A DNA stretch of 64,000 nt from Pseudomonadota bacterium. Lineage in GTDB: Bacteria > Pseudomonadota > Alphaproteobacteria > UBA11222. Numbering within the stretch: position 1 is the stretch's first letter; each line of letters begins with the position of its first letter. The translations under genes were made by a program, and so were the position numbers. The notes below the pieces were generated by a model, which ran no database searches, was not told the origin of the DNA, and was given only the letters and a program-made list of their open reading frames with translations. The stretch is taken from the NCBI GenBank assembly GCA_049325255.1, contig JBMOMW010000050.1, positions 3,120-67,119 on the forward strand, read 5' to 3'. This document shows, piece after piece, positions 9,488-18,680 of the stretch.

Positions 9488-10057
9488 TCAGAACCCCTTA
9501 AGGCCTTCATCCAGTTGCACGCCGAATGAATTCAGCGCCATGGACACCAGATTATACTGGCCGACGGTGAACACCACATCCATCAATTGCTGGGTATTAT
9601 AGCGTTTGGCCAGCCCGTTCCAGGTGGCGTCCGAGATGCAGGCGTCCTTGTGCAGTTCATCCGTCGCGCGCAGCAGCAGAGCGTCCAGTTCGCTCCATCC
9701 TGGTGCGTCTGCACCCAGTTTGATGCGCTCGATCTCGGCGTCCGACAGGCCGCACGCCCGGCCGATGACCGCATGTTGCGCCCATTCATATTCCGCCTGG
9801 CACAGCCAGCCGATGCGCAGGATCAGAATTTCGCGTTCGCGCGGCGCCAGGGTGGAGGTGTCGCCCATGACATGAAACGCCCAGACATTGAATTTTTTGG
9901 CCGCTTCCCAATGATTGCCCAGCGTACCCATGACGTTAAACACCACCGCCGTGCTGATCCCGGACTTGCCCTTTTTAGCAGCCTCATATTGTGGCCTCTG
10001 TTCGTCGTTCCACTGGCTTTCCGGCAACGGCGCAATGCGTGGTTTTGACAGTTTCAT
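9488..10057 (-). CDS. Carboxymuconolactone decarboxylase/AhpD-like protein, copy 2
   Basis: C-terminal half near-identical to copy 1. Confidence 0.85.
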   Translation of the reverse strand: MKLSKPRIAPLPESQWNDEQRPQYEAAKKGKSGISTAVVFNVMGTLGNHWEAAKKFNVWAFHVMGDTSTLAPREREILILRIGWLCQAEYEWAQHAVIGRACGLSDAEIERIKLGADAPGWSELDALLLRATDELHKDACISDATWNGLAKRYNTQQLMDVVFTVGQYNLVSMALNSFGVQLDEGLKGF

Positions 10058-10213
10058 GATGATCCCTCCCCGATTGTGATTTCCTGCTGAAGGTCAGTTT
10101 GCCCGAATTTTTGGCTGCGCACAAAGATTAATAGGGCAGTGCAGATAACGTTTTGCAGTGAAAGGCAACGGGGATAGGGATAGATCGTCTATTGTTGATC
10201 GGGAGGGCAAAAA

Positions 10214-10765
10214 ATGGAAAACTTCTGGGCAGGAACAATCAGCGCTGTAGCCGGAGTAGTGGTTGGAGGTGGCGTGACCTGGCTTTTAGAGTTAAGCAAA
10301 TTCAAGCGTAACCGGGCCGTGCAGCAACAGATCGCCGCCATGCAGATAGCATCTCTGTTAGATTACTGGCTCAATGATATTTATCAGGTATTTGCAAATA
10401 GGCAGATTGATCAAGAGCCTGACGATTATGATCCTGACAGAGACGCCTTCCCATTGCCGTGGCATATTCCAGACTTTCCATTAAAAAACTCCCTCGCCGT
10501 GATTTCATTGCTGAAATCAGAATCTGCGAAAAAATTGTTTGACGTCATTGCAAAATTACAAAATGCGGAATTTTCTGCTCACTTCACTATGAATGTTCAG
10601 CGGCCTGAGGATGCAGAGAATGAATTTAAAAGAGAGTTAGGAAACATCTATTTTGAATGCCAAAATGTTTATGAGGATTTGGCTAGGCAAACCGGTTGGA
10701 CAACTCAGTCCAGCCGGGAAAATCGAACAGAATTCATGCGGGAAAGGCTGGGAAGGGCGGATTGA
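10214..10765 (+). CDS. Hypothetical protein with an N-terminal TM helix (low-GC orphan)
   Basis: 183-aa ORF with a GGGAGGG RBS, hydrophobic N-terminus and AT-rich codons. Confidence 0.7.
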   Translation: MENFWAGTISAVAGVVVGGGVTWLLELSKFKRNRAVQQQIAAMQIASLLDYWLNDIYQVFANRQIDQEPDDYDPDRDAFPLPWHIPDFPLKNSLAVISLLKSESAKKLFDVIAKLQNAEFSAHFTMNVQRPEDAENEFKRELGNIYFECQNVYEDLARQTGWTTQSSRENRTEFMRERLGRAD

Positions 10766-10778
10766 TCGGCGAGATAAT

Positions 10779-11909
10779 CTACCCCTCCGCCTTATCTGCA
10801 CCCGCAAACAAATCCTTTATCCGCGCAAAAAAGCTGCTGGATTCGGGGGAGGTTTTTTCGCTGCCGGCTTCGGCGAATTCGCGCAGCAATTCCTTCTGGC
10901 GTTTGGTCAGATTCATTGGCGTTTCGACCACGGTTTCGATGAACAGATCGCCGAAGCCCGTGCCGCGCAGCGGCGGCATGCCCTTGCCGCGCAGGCGGAA
11001 CTGGCGGCCGCTCTGGGTGCCCTCGGGAATTTCAATGCGCGCGGGTGCGCCTTCCATTGACGGCACCTCGATCTGGCCGCCCAGCGCTGCGCTGGTCATG
11101 GAAATGGGTACGCGGCAGAACAGATTATTACCGTCGCGCTGAAATATCGGATGCGGCGTGATGGAAATGAACACATAGAGATCGCCCGATGGGCCGCCCT
11201 GAATGCCGGCCTCGCCTTCGCCCGACAGGCGGATGCGCGTACCTTCTTCCACGCCGCGCGGCACGGCGAAATTCAGGGTGCGTTCTTTTTGCACCCGGCC
11301 CGCGCCATGACACGCCTTGCACGGGCTTTTGATCACCTGGCCGCGCCCGCCACAGGAAGGGCAGGTGCGCTCAATGGTGAAGAAACCCTGTTGCGCGCGC
11401 ACCTTTCCCGCCCCGTTACAGCCTGCGCATGTAACCGGTGTCGATCCGGCCCCCGCGCCGCTGCCCTTGCAGGGTTCGCAAGCCACCGAGGTTGGGACGC
11501 GGATATCCGCCTGTTTGCCGAGATAGGCCTCGTTCAGGCTGATCTCCATATTGAAACGCAGATCGGCCCCGCGCGTGCGATTACTGGCGCGCCTGCCGCC
11601 CATGCCGAACAGATCGTTGAACACATCGGACAGATCGGAAAAGCCAAAGCCATCGCCGCCGCCATTGCCGCGCGGGCCGCCATTCTCAAACGCCGCATGA
11701 CCAAAACGGTCATAGGCGGCGCGTTTCTGGTCGTCTTTCAGAATATCATAGGCGTGGGTGATTTCCTTGAACTGGGATTCAGCCTTGGCGTTTTCACGGT
11801 TCTGGTCGGGATGATGCTCCTTGGCCAGCTTGCGATAGGCTTTTTTGATAATCTCGGGAGAGGCCCCCCGTTCTACCCCCAGGGTTTCATAAAAGCACCG
11901 CTTAGCCAT
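10779..11909 (-). CDS. dnaJ: Chaperone DnaJ
   Basis: HPD motif, G/F region and four CxxCxGxG repeats. Confidence 0.98.
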   Translation of the reverse strand: MAKRCFYETLGVERGASPEIIKKAYRKLAKEHHPDQNRENAKAESQFKEITHAYDILKDDQKRAAYDRFGHAAFENGGPRGNGGGDGFGFSDLSDVFNDLFGMGGRRASNRTRGADLRFNMEISLNEAYLGKQADIRVPTSVACEPCKGSGAGAGSTPVTCAGCNGAGKVRAQQGFFTIERTCPSCGGRGQVIKSPCKACHGAGRVQKERTLNFAVPRGVEEGTRIRLSGEGEAGIQGGPSGDLYVFISITPHPIFQRDGNNLFCRVPISMTSAALGGQIEVPSMEGAPARIEIPEGTQSGRQFRLRGKGMPPLRGTGFGDLFIETVVETPMNLTKRQKELLREFAEAGSEKTSPESSSFFARIKDLFAGADKAEG

Positions 11910-11935
11910 TCCTGCCCGTCCTCAATTCAATCTTT

Positions 11936-11970
11936 GCTGTCATCCTGAGCCGAAGGCGAAGGATGACAGC
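11936..11970. repeat. Collapsed REP hairpin between dnaK and dnaJ
   Basis: GCTGTCATCCT-GAGCCGAAGGCGA-AGGATGACAGC. Confidence 0.7.
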
Positions 11971-11980
11971 CGAACATGTT

Positions 11981-13879
11981 TCAGTCTTTCTTATTGTCGT
12001 CGATTTCTTCGAAATCCGCATCAACGACACTGTCATCGCCACCGGCATGGCCACCATCGCCTGCTTCCTCCTGCGGCTTGTACATGGCCTCGCCGACTTT
12101 CATCGAGACAGTCATCAGCGCCTGAATTTTTGGCGCCAGTTCCGCTTCGCCCGCATTTTCATCCTGCATGGCGCTGCGCAGCTCGGCAATGGCGGTTTCA
12201 ACTTCGCCTTTCAGACCGGCATCCACTTTGTCGCCCGCTTCGGTGAGGGTGCGTTCGGTGGAATGGATCAACTGTTCCGCCTGATTACGGGCCTCGACAC
12301 GGGCGCGCTTGGCCTTGTCTTCACTCGCATGCAGCTCCGCGTCCTTGACCATTTTTTCGATGTCGGCATCGCTTAATCCGCCCGACGCCTGGATCTGGAT
12401 ATGCTGTTCCTTGCCGGTGGCCTTGTCTTTCGCGCCGACATTCACGATGCCGTTGGCGTCAATATCAAATGTCACCTCGACCTGGGGCACGCCGCGCGGC
12501 GCAGCCGGAATTCCGACCAGATCAAACTGGTTGAGGAATTTATTGTCGGCAGCCATTTCGCGTTCGCCCTGAAACACGCGAATGGTCACGGCGGACTGAT
12601 TGTCTTCGGCGGTCGAGAACACCTGGCTCTTGCGGGTCGGGATCGTGGTGTTGCGGTCAATCAGCCGCGTGAACACACCGCCCAGCGTTTCGATGCCCAG
12701 CGACAGCGGCGTGACATCCAGCAGCAGCACGTCTTTGACATCGCCCTGCAACACGCCCGCCTGAATGGCCGCACCCATGGCGACGACCTCGTCGGGATTG
12801 ACACCCTTGTGCGGTTCGCGGCCAAAGAAGTTTTTCACCACTTCGCGCACCTTGGGCATGCGGGTCATGCCGCCCACCAGCACCACTTCGTCAATCTGAC
12901 CCGCAGTGAGGCCCGCATCTTTCAGCGCCTGCGCACAGGGTGCGACGGTTTTCTGAATCAGATCATCCACCAGCGCCTCGAACTTTGCGCGGGTCAGCTT
13001 CATGGTCAGATGCTTGGGGCCGGTCTTGTCGGCGGTGATAAAGGGCAGGTTGATTTCGGTTTGCGGGGTCGAAGAAAGCTCAATCTTGGCTTTTTCGGAT
13101 TCTTCCTTCAGGCGTTGCAGCGCAAGTTTGTCATTGCGCAGATCAATGCCATGTTCTTTCTTGAATTCATCGGCCAGATAATTCACCAGCCGCATGTCGA
13201 AATCTTCACCACCCAGAAAAGTGTCGCCATTGGTGGATTTCACTTCGAACACGCCATCGCCGATTTCCAGCACCGACACGTCGAATGTGCCGCCGCCCAG
13301 ATCGTAGACGGCAATTACCTTGCCTTCCTGCTTGTCCAACCCATAGGCCAGCGACGCAGCGGTGGGTTCATTGATGATGCGCAGCACTTCCAGGCCGGCG
13401 ATCTTGCCGGCGTCCTTGGTGGCCTGGCGTTGCGCATCGCTGAAATAGGCGGGAACGGTGATCACCGCCTGATCGACTTTTTCGCCCAAAAAGGCTTCGG
13501 CGGTTTCTTTCATCTTTTGCAGGATGAAGGCCGAGATCTGACTGGGGGAATATTTCTGGCCATGGGCCTCGACCCAGGCATCGCCATTATTCGCCTTGGT
13601 GATCTTGTAGGGCACCATTTTGGCGTCTTTCTGCACTGTCGGATCGGTAAACCCCCGCCCGATCAGACGTTTGATGGCGAATAAGGTGTTTTCCGGGTTA
13701 GTCACCGCCTGGCGTTTGGCGGGCTGTCCGACCAGACGTTCGCCATCTTCCGTAAAGGCGACGATGGAAGGGGTGGTGCGCGACCCTTCGGCGTTTTCAA
13801 TGACGCGCGGTGTTGCGCCGTCCATGATGGCGACGCATGAATTCGTTGTGCCAAGGTCGATACCGATTACTTTTCCCAT
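11981..13879 (-). CDS. dnaK: Chaperone DnaK
   Basis: [15 protein letters not shown] and DLGGGTFD motifs. Confidence 0.99.
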   Translation of the reverse strand: MGKVIGIDLGTTNSCVAIMDGATPRVIENAEGSRTTPSIVAFTEDGERLVGQPAKRQAVTNPENTLFAIKRLIGRGFTDPTVQKDAKMVPYKITKANNGDAWVEAHGQKYSPSQISAFILQKMKETAEAFLGEKVDQAVITVPAYFSDAQRQATKDAGKIAGLEVLRIINEPTAASLAYGLDKQEGKVIAVYDLGGGTFDVSVLEIGDGVFEVKSTNGDTFLGGEDFDMRLVNYLADEFKKEHGIDLRNDKLALQRLKEESEKAKIELSSTPQTEINLPFITADKTGPKHLTMKLTRAKFEALVDDLIQKTVAPCAQALKDAGLTAGQIDEVVLVGGMTRMPKVREVVKNFFGREPHKGVNPDEVVAMGAAIQAGVLQGDVKDVLLLDVTPLSLGIETLGGVFTRLIDRNTTIPTRKSQVFSTAEDNQSAVTIRVFQGEREMAADNKFLNQFDLVGIPAAPRGVPQVEVTFDIDANGIVNVGAKDKATGKEQHIQIQASGGLSDADIEKMVKDAELHASEDKAKRARVEARNQAEQLIHSTERTLTEAGDKVDAGLKGEVETAIAELRSAMQDENAGEAELAPKIQALMTVSMKVGEAMYKPQEEAGDGGHAGGDDSVVDADFEEIDDNKKD

Positions 13880-14019
13880 GTTCTTTCACTCCTGCGGCAG
13901 ACCTGCCGGGCCACAATGGCGCCCGTAAAGGCCCCCATTAACAATTGGTTCGTGTCTATGACCCCATGTCATACCACACATACAGCCACTCCCGGACAGG
14001 GGTGGACCGTGTGAAGGGT

Positions 14020-14048
14020 ATATAGGGGCCGCCTGTCTGGGCCGCAAC
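14020..14048 (-). promoter_or_regulatory. Putative RpoH (sigma32) promoter of dnaK
   Basis: Minus strand reads GTTG-N18-CCTATAT, close to the alphaproteobacterial CTTG-N17/18-CCTATNT pattern. Confidence 0.55.
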
Positions 14049-14091
14049 CCACTCCGGGGACGGCTGACAAGAAAATTTGGTGTCCGTGGCA

Positions 14092-14694
14092 TCAGGCGGA
14101 CGTATTAACCGTACTGCCGGGCGCGCCGGAATTCTGATGGCCGCCCTTGGCCACGCCGACCATGGCCGGACGCAACAATCTGTCGCCAATGACATAGCCC
14201 ATTTGCAGAATTTGCACGATAGTGCCGTCCGGCTGGCCGGTATCGGGGGCCTCGAACATGGCCTGATGGAAGTTGGGGTCGAATTTCTCCCCCATCGGGT
14301 GAATCGGTTTGATGCCGTGACGCTCAAAAATGCCCAGCAACTGACGCTGGGTCAGCTCCATGCCCTCGATCAGGTTCACCACGCCTTCCTGGGCGCGCAC
14401 CTCTTCGGGAATGCTGCTGACGGCGCGGTCCAGCGTGTCGGGTACCGCCAGCAGGTCGCGCGCCAGGCTGGCGATGGCGAACTTGCTGGCGTCCTGCTTT
14501 TCCTTGGCGGCGCGGCGGCGGATATTTTCACCCTCGGCCACGGCGCGCAAAAGCTGATCCTTGAGATCCGCCACCTCGGTTATCAGCCGCGCAATAAGCT
14601 CCTCCGGGGTGGGTTGCGGCGGCGTCTCGGGCTGAATTTCGATATTTTCTTCCTGAGGAAAACCCTCAGCTTCGTTCTCGATTTCGTTCATCAT
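14092..14694 (-). CDS. grpE: Nucleotide exchange factor GrpE
   Basis: AEGENIRRR, FDPNFHQA and RLLRPAMVGV motifs. Confidence 0.97.
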   Translation of the reverse strand: MMNEIENEAEGFPQEENIEIQPETPPQPTPEELIARLITEVADLKDQLLRAVAEGENIRRRAAKEKQDASKFAIASLARDLLAVPDTLDRAVSSIPEEVRAQEGVVNLIEGMELTQRQLLGIFERHGIKPIHPMGEKFDPNFHQAMFEAPDTGQPDGTIVQILQMGYVIGDRLLRPAMVGVAKGGHQNSGAPGSTVNTSA

Positions 14695-14736
14695 AAATCC
14701 ATTATTTTTGCAGCGGCACTCTATAGCAGAACGCGT

Positions 14737-15780
14737 TCAGGACAACAATTGCCCGACAATCTTGGCGGTATAATCCACCATGGGGATGATGCGGGCATAA
14801 TTCAACCGGGTCGGACCAATAACTCCGATCACGCCGACAATCTGTTCGTTCTTGTTGCGATAGGGCGATAGCACCAGCGACGAACCGGACAGGCTGAACA
14901 GCTTGTTTTCCGATCCGATGAAAATGCGCACCCCATCGGCGTTGCGGGCCAGCTCCAGAAGCTGGATCAGGTCATTCTGGCCCTCCAGATCTTCGAACAG
15001 GGTGCGGATACGCTCCAGATCCTCGATCGCGTGCACATCCTCCAGCAGATTGGAATGGCCCCGCACAATCAGCGAGGCCCCTGCACTGCGATTATGCCCA
15101 CCGCCCCAGACCGCAAGCCCCGCTTCCACCACCTTGGCGCTCAACTCATCCAGCTCCAGGCGCTTGCTCTCCAGTTCCACCAGTATCTGCCTGCGCGCCT
15201 CTTCCAGGGTGCGGCCCAGAAGCCGCGCATTCAGATAATTGCTGGCCTGTTGCAGCGCGCCCGCTGTCATGCCCAGCGGCACCGTGATCAGACGGTTTTC
15301 CACATGGCCATCCTGCCCGACAATCACCGTCAGCGCCTGACCGGGACCGATATTTACAAATTCGATATGCTTGAGCGGCGGTTCATGCTTGGGCGACAGC
15401 ACCAGTCCGGCGCAACGCGCCAGACCCGAGAGGCGGCTGGTGGCGTCCGCCAGCACATCTTCCATCTTGGCGCCATGCGAGGACGCCATGGCCTCGATTT
15501 CGCGCGCCTCTTTTTCGGTGACATTGCCGATTTCCAGCAGCGCGTCGACAAACATGCGCAGGCCGGTTTGCGTGGGAATACGGCCTGCACTGGTATGCGG
15601 CGCATAGAGCAACCCCATATCCTCCAGATCCTTCATGACATTGCGGACCGTGGCGGAGCTGAGCAGCGTCGGCAGTTGCGCCGCAATGCTCCTGGAGCCA
15701 ATCGGCCCCCCTTCGGCCAGATAGGCCTCGACCAATGCGCGGAAAATCTGCCGGGATCGTTCATTCAGTTCCGTAATCAT
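14737..15780 (-). CDS. hrcA: Heat-inducible repressor HrcA
   Basis: SATVRNVM, PHTSAGRIPT and GVIGPTRLNY motifs. Start set at MITELNERS because the longer ORF-track start lies inside the transposon. Confidence 0.95.
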   Translation of the reverse strand: MITELNERSRQIFRALVEAYLAEGGPIGSRSIAAQLPTLLSSATVRNVMKDLEDMGLLYAPHTSAGRIPTQTGLRMFVDALLEIGNVTEKEAREIEAMASSHGAKMEDVLADATSRLSGLARCAGLVLSPKHEPPLKHIEFVNIGPGQALTVIVGQDGHVENRLITVPLGMTAGALQQASNYLNARLLGRTLEEARRQILVELESKRLELDELSAKVVEAGLAVWGGGHNRSAGASLIVRGHSNLLEDVHAIEDLERIRTLFEDLEGQNDLIQLLELARNADGVRIFIGSENKLFSLSGSSLVLSPYRNKNEQIVGVIGVIGPTRLNYARIIPMVDYTAKIVGQLLS

Positions 15781-15829
15781 GACGGCAATATAGCATATAG
15801 CCGGCGCGATCTGTACACTCGGTAGTGTC

Positions 15830-16597
15830 TCAGTTTGAAATCTCCGTGCCGCGCTTTTTGTAAATCGCAGGCCGTCCGGGTTTCGGTGCGGCGGCATCAA
15901 TCAGCGCCACAATGTCCGTCATATCCCAAAGCCTGTCAGATACGCCAGCGGCCATCGCTGGGCTGACTTTCAATGTCTTGTGGATGCGGGCGAAGTTGTA
16001 ATGCACGAAGTATAGCGCCAGGGCGTGGCAATGATTATCAACCTTCTTTGAGAAGGCATTCGTCAGCCGGGTAAAGCGGCCCTTGGCGCTTTCTGGCGTT
16101 GCACCATACAGCTTGATCAGCATGGCGTAGTCCACATCGCCGCCAAACGCGCCCTCAACCGCTTCGAGATAAGCCTTGTGGCCGTCTGTCGTAAGTTGCA
16201 CCCGGTTTGCCAGACGGCTGCGCAGATCATCCATAAACTCGATGGCGTATCCACTGTCACGCCCGCCAACCATCCATGACAGGATCATCTTGTGGCCGCT
16301 ATCAAGCGCCGTCCAGGTCCACACGTCGCCCGCCTGATCGGGTGCAGCCTAGGCCATGGCGACATTCTTTGCCTTGGCGTAGCAGAACGACCAGATTTCA
16401 TCGCACTGCACCTTGGACGCCTTCACGTGGCGCACATGGGCGTCATGATAGGCAGCACAAGCTGTGCCAGCATCAACCAGCAGCTTCGTAACCGTGTTGA
16501 TAGATACACCCGTCACGCGGCTGATAGATCGCATGGATGATCCTTCAACCAGCATGCTGAGAATTTGGGCGCGCGTATTTAAGGGCAGTTTATTCAT
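15830..16597 (-). pseudogene. IS1-family DDE transposase, inactivated
   Basis: HTH (EGSSMRSISRVTGVS), QCDEIWSF and LTTDG motifs. In-frame TAG at 16349-16351, and an apparent internal deletion at AKGR^FTRLTN. The stop codon lies within the TIR. Confidence 0.85.
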
Positions 16598-16663
16598 GCC
16601 CTTGATATAATGTGATATAATGCTGATAAAGTCAAATAGCAAGCATTATTTTCAGTTTATAAG

Positions 16664-17065
16664 CTAGTAAAAGTGTTTATATTTTCTTGGTGTGTGCGGG
16701 GAATTAATAAGCCCCCTCTGAATCGCCGCAATCACCTTTTGTGTCGCAGGTTTATGCGGTCTAAATCGACCATCGCTAATCCCCCTTATTATTGTGGCAT
16801 TGCTCTCAACTCTGGCCGCGCGATATACTACCCAACTTTTGCGCCGAATGAATTCATGGTCGCCTGCATTAAGAATACACGAATCATCACAGAGGGGGTT
16901 CGTCCATGTTGCTATATTAACAAGCAAATATTCATCATTGCCGCTGGGTTTTGTACAAATAAAAAACAGGTGGAGCTTGTCGGGACTTTGGATGTTCCCA
17001 GATGGCATTAGGAGTGTCTTTCCTGGGGCCGGAACAAACAAGAGTTTATTCTCGCAAAGAGGCAA
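16664..17065 (-). CDS. Putative toxin (possibly PemK/MazF-like fold) paired with a Panacea antitoxin; start uncertain
   Basis: Overlaps or abuts the Panacea gene; HLFFIC...LLVNI...DDSCIL.AGDHEFI..KS.V.Y pattern. Confidence 0.55.
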   Translation of the reverse strand: MPLCENKLLFVPAPGKTLLMPSGNIQSPDKLHLFFICTKPSGNDEYLLVNIATWTNPLCDDSCILNAGDHEFIRRKSWVVYRAARVESNATIIRGISDGRFRPHKPATQKVIAAIQRGLINSPHTPRKYKHFY

Positions 17066-17609
17066 AAACCTCGTCTATTTCTCTCTCTTCCCGTATGCTT
17101 TGATCCAGATCGTCTACATTTTGCTTGCGCAGATGCTTCAACAGCCTTCCATAAGGAATAGGAGTTGAGCTTCCGTTTGGGTCTTCCCATTCGGGGCAAT
17201 GAGTGTGGGTATAGTCTCTGATCACCCATCGGTCCATGTGGCCTAACTCGCTCCAAACTTCATTTAGAGATTCAAGTTCGGCGTCGCTTAACTCATCAAG
17301 CGCAGCATCATCAAATGTCCGCGCGACAGTTACATCATATCCTTGACGTCCGCCTATAAACTGATCCCACCCGGCATCCTTAAAAGCTCCGTCAATAAAA
17401 TTGAGAGTCATGGAGTTTACCGGGCCGTGCGGCATAGACACCAAACAATCATAAAATATCGGGAAATTAAATTTCTCAATATGTTTGCGGTTAGATAGAT
17501 AGATTAGTTTTATCAACTTTAACACAGGTGCGCTTCCGCCATCCCTTACAACAAAGAAGGCGGTCACTTGCGCGGCCTTGCGAGCGTTGAACCATGTGGC
17601 GATCTTCAT
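17046..17609 (-). CDS. Panacea/SocA (DUF4065) antitoxin domain protein
   Basis: LKLIKLIYL, MPHGPV and YTH..CPEW motifs; ATGA overlap with the upstream gene. Confidence 0.8.
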   Translation of the reverse strand: MKIATWFNARKAAQVTAFFVVRDGGSAPVLKLIKLIYLSNRKHIEKFNFPIFYDCLVSMPHGPVNSMTLNFIDGAFKDAGWDQFIGGRQGYDVTVARTFDDAALDELSDAELESLNEVWSELGHMDRWVIRDYTHTHCPEWEDPNGSSTPIPYGRLLKHLRKQNVDDLDQSIREEREIDEVFASLRE

Positions 17610-17827
17610 CGTTCCCATCGCGCCATTGCCGCCTTTTTGGCAATCTTACTGCGCGCCTCTTGCGTTAAAGAATCGGCACGGCCCTTCCCCCCGGCCTTGC
17701 CAGAGCGGGAACGCCCCGATTTCTTGGTTAAAACTTCCTCAACTTCCCCAGTGGCGATCTTTGCCACCATGATGGCGGCTCCAATCGCATCAGCAGGGCG
17801 CTTCTGGCCTTGTGGACCTTTTGGCAT
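17606..17827 (-). CDS. Small basic protein typical of this IS group (putative nucleic-acid binder)
   Basis: 73 aa MPKGPQGQKRPAD...GKAGGKGRA..LT.E.RS.IAKKAAMARW, with an AGGGAAG RBS. Confidence 0.75.
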   Translation of the reverse strand: MPKGPQGQKRPADAIGAAIMVAKIATGEVEEVLTKKSGRSRSGKAGGKGRADSLTQEARSKIAKKAAMARWER

Positions 17828-18038
17828 TATTGCTTCCCTGTTCTCCCTGTAGAACAAACCATATATTTGATGCGACTCAAGATCAACAATTCGTTTGCGG
17901 GGGACTCGGAACGGCTCCAATGTCAACCCCACTTGTTAATATATAGTGACTTTTTTGCCGAAGCAGGATTTCAAACTGAGACACTACCGTACACTCTCTG
18001 TAAGTGGCTGAATTGTGCGCTTTGTAAACGAGGATGGC

Positions 18039-18680
18039 ATGCCGGAATTCATACTGGTTATCGGAAACAAAAACTGGTCGTCCTGGTCGTTAAGGCCCTG
18101 GCTGGTGATGAAACATGCGGGCATTGCGTTTGACGAAGCGCATGTTCAGTTGCGCCAGCACGGCACGCGCCAGCAGAATTTACAGCATTCGCCGTCCGGC
18201 AAGGTTCCAGTGCTGAAGCATAATGGGCTGACAATCTGGGACAGTCTGGCGATTGCCGAATATCTGGCAGAGCTGTTTCCACAAAAACAATTATGGCCAG
18301 CCGATCCCGCCGCGCGGGCGCGGGCGCGCAGCATTAGCGCCGAAATGCATGCGGGCTTTCAGGCGCTGCGCACCCATCTGCCGATGGACATTCTGGGCCG
18401 CTATCCGGGCAAGGGCCTGGATGGGGAAGGCGTTGCCGCGGACATTGCGCGCGTTCAGGAAATCTGGCGCGACGCCCGGGCGCAATGGGGTGCGGGCGGA
18501 CCATTTCTATATGGCGCGTTCAGCATTGCGGACGCGATGTATGCGCCGGTGGTGACACGGTTTATGACCTATGATGTTGCCTGTGACAGCGCATGCAAAA
18601 CCTATATGGACGCCATCTGGAATATGCCCGCCATGCTGGAATGGCGCGTGGGATGCGAACGCACCGGTTACGGGCTATGA
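18039..18680 (+). CDS. Glutathione S-transferase family protein
   Basis: GNKNWSSWSLRPW, SPSGKVP and WDSLAI motifs. Confidence 0.92.
   Translation: MPEFILVIGNKNWSSWSLRPWLVMKHAGIAFDEAHVQLRQHGTRQQNLQHSPSGKVPVLKHNGLTIWDSLAIAEYLAELFPQKQLWPADPAARARARSISAEMHAGFQALRTHLPMDILGRYPGKGLDGEGVAADIARVQEIWRDARAQWGAGGPFLYGAFSIADAMYAPVVTRFMTYDVACDSACKTYMDAIWNMPAMLEWRVGCERTGYGL

Larger units (their letters stand above)
15821..17988 (-). mobile_element. IS1-family-like cargo transposon, non-autonomous
   Basis: Perfect 22-bp TIRs GGTAGTGTCTCAGTTTGAAATC (15821-15842 / 17967-17988) and 8-bp TSD GTACACTC (15813-15820, 17989-17996). Confidence 0.95.

Noticed and set aside
12401-13684. 427-aa antisense ORF over dnaK (and similar ORFs over mnmG and cysD)
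   Set aside because: These are shadow ORFs expected from high-GC codon bias opposite conserved genes.
14701-14736. CIRCE element before grpE
   Set aside because: Only a partial GGCACTC half-site is present, with no GAGTGCTAA partner at 9-bp spacing.
15781-15900. N-terminal extension of HrcA in the ORF track
   Set aside because: It runs through the TIR into the transposase. The conserved HrcA sequence begins at 15780.
16349-16351. Programmed readthrough or frameshift in the transposase
   Set aside because: Both halves are in the same frame with no slippery site. A single AAG>TAG change explains it, and a second lesion exists.
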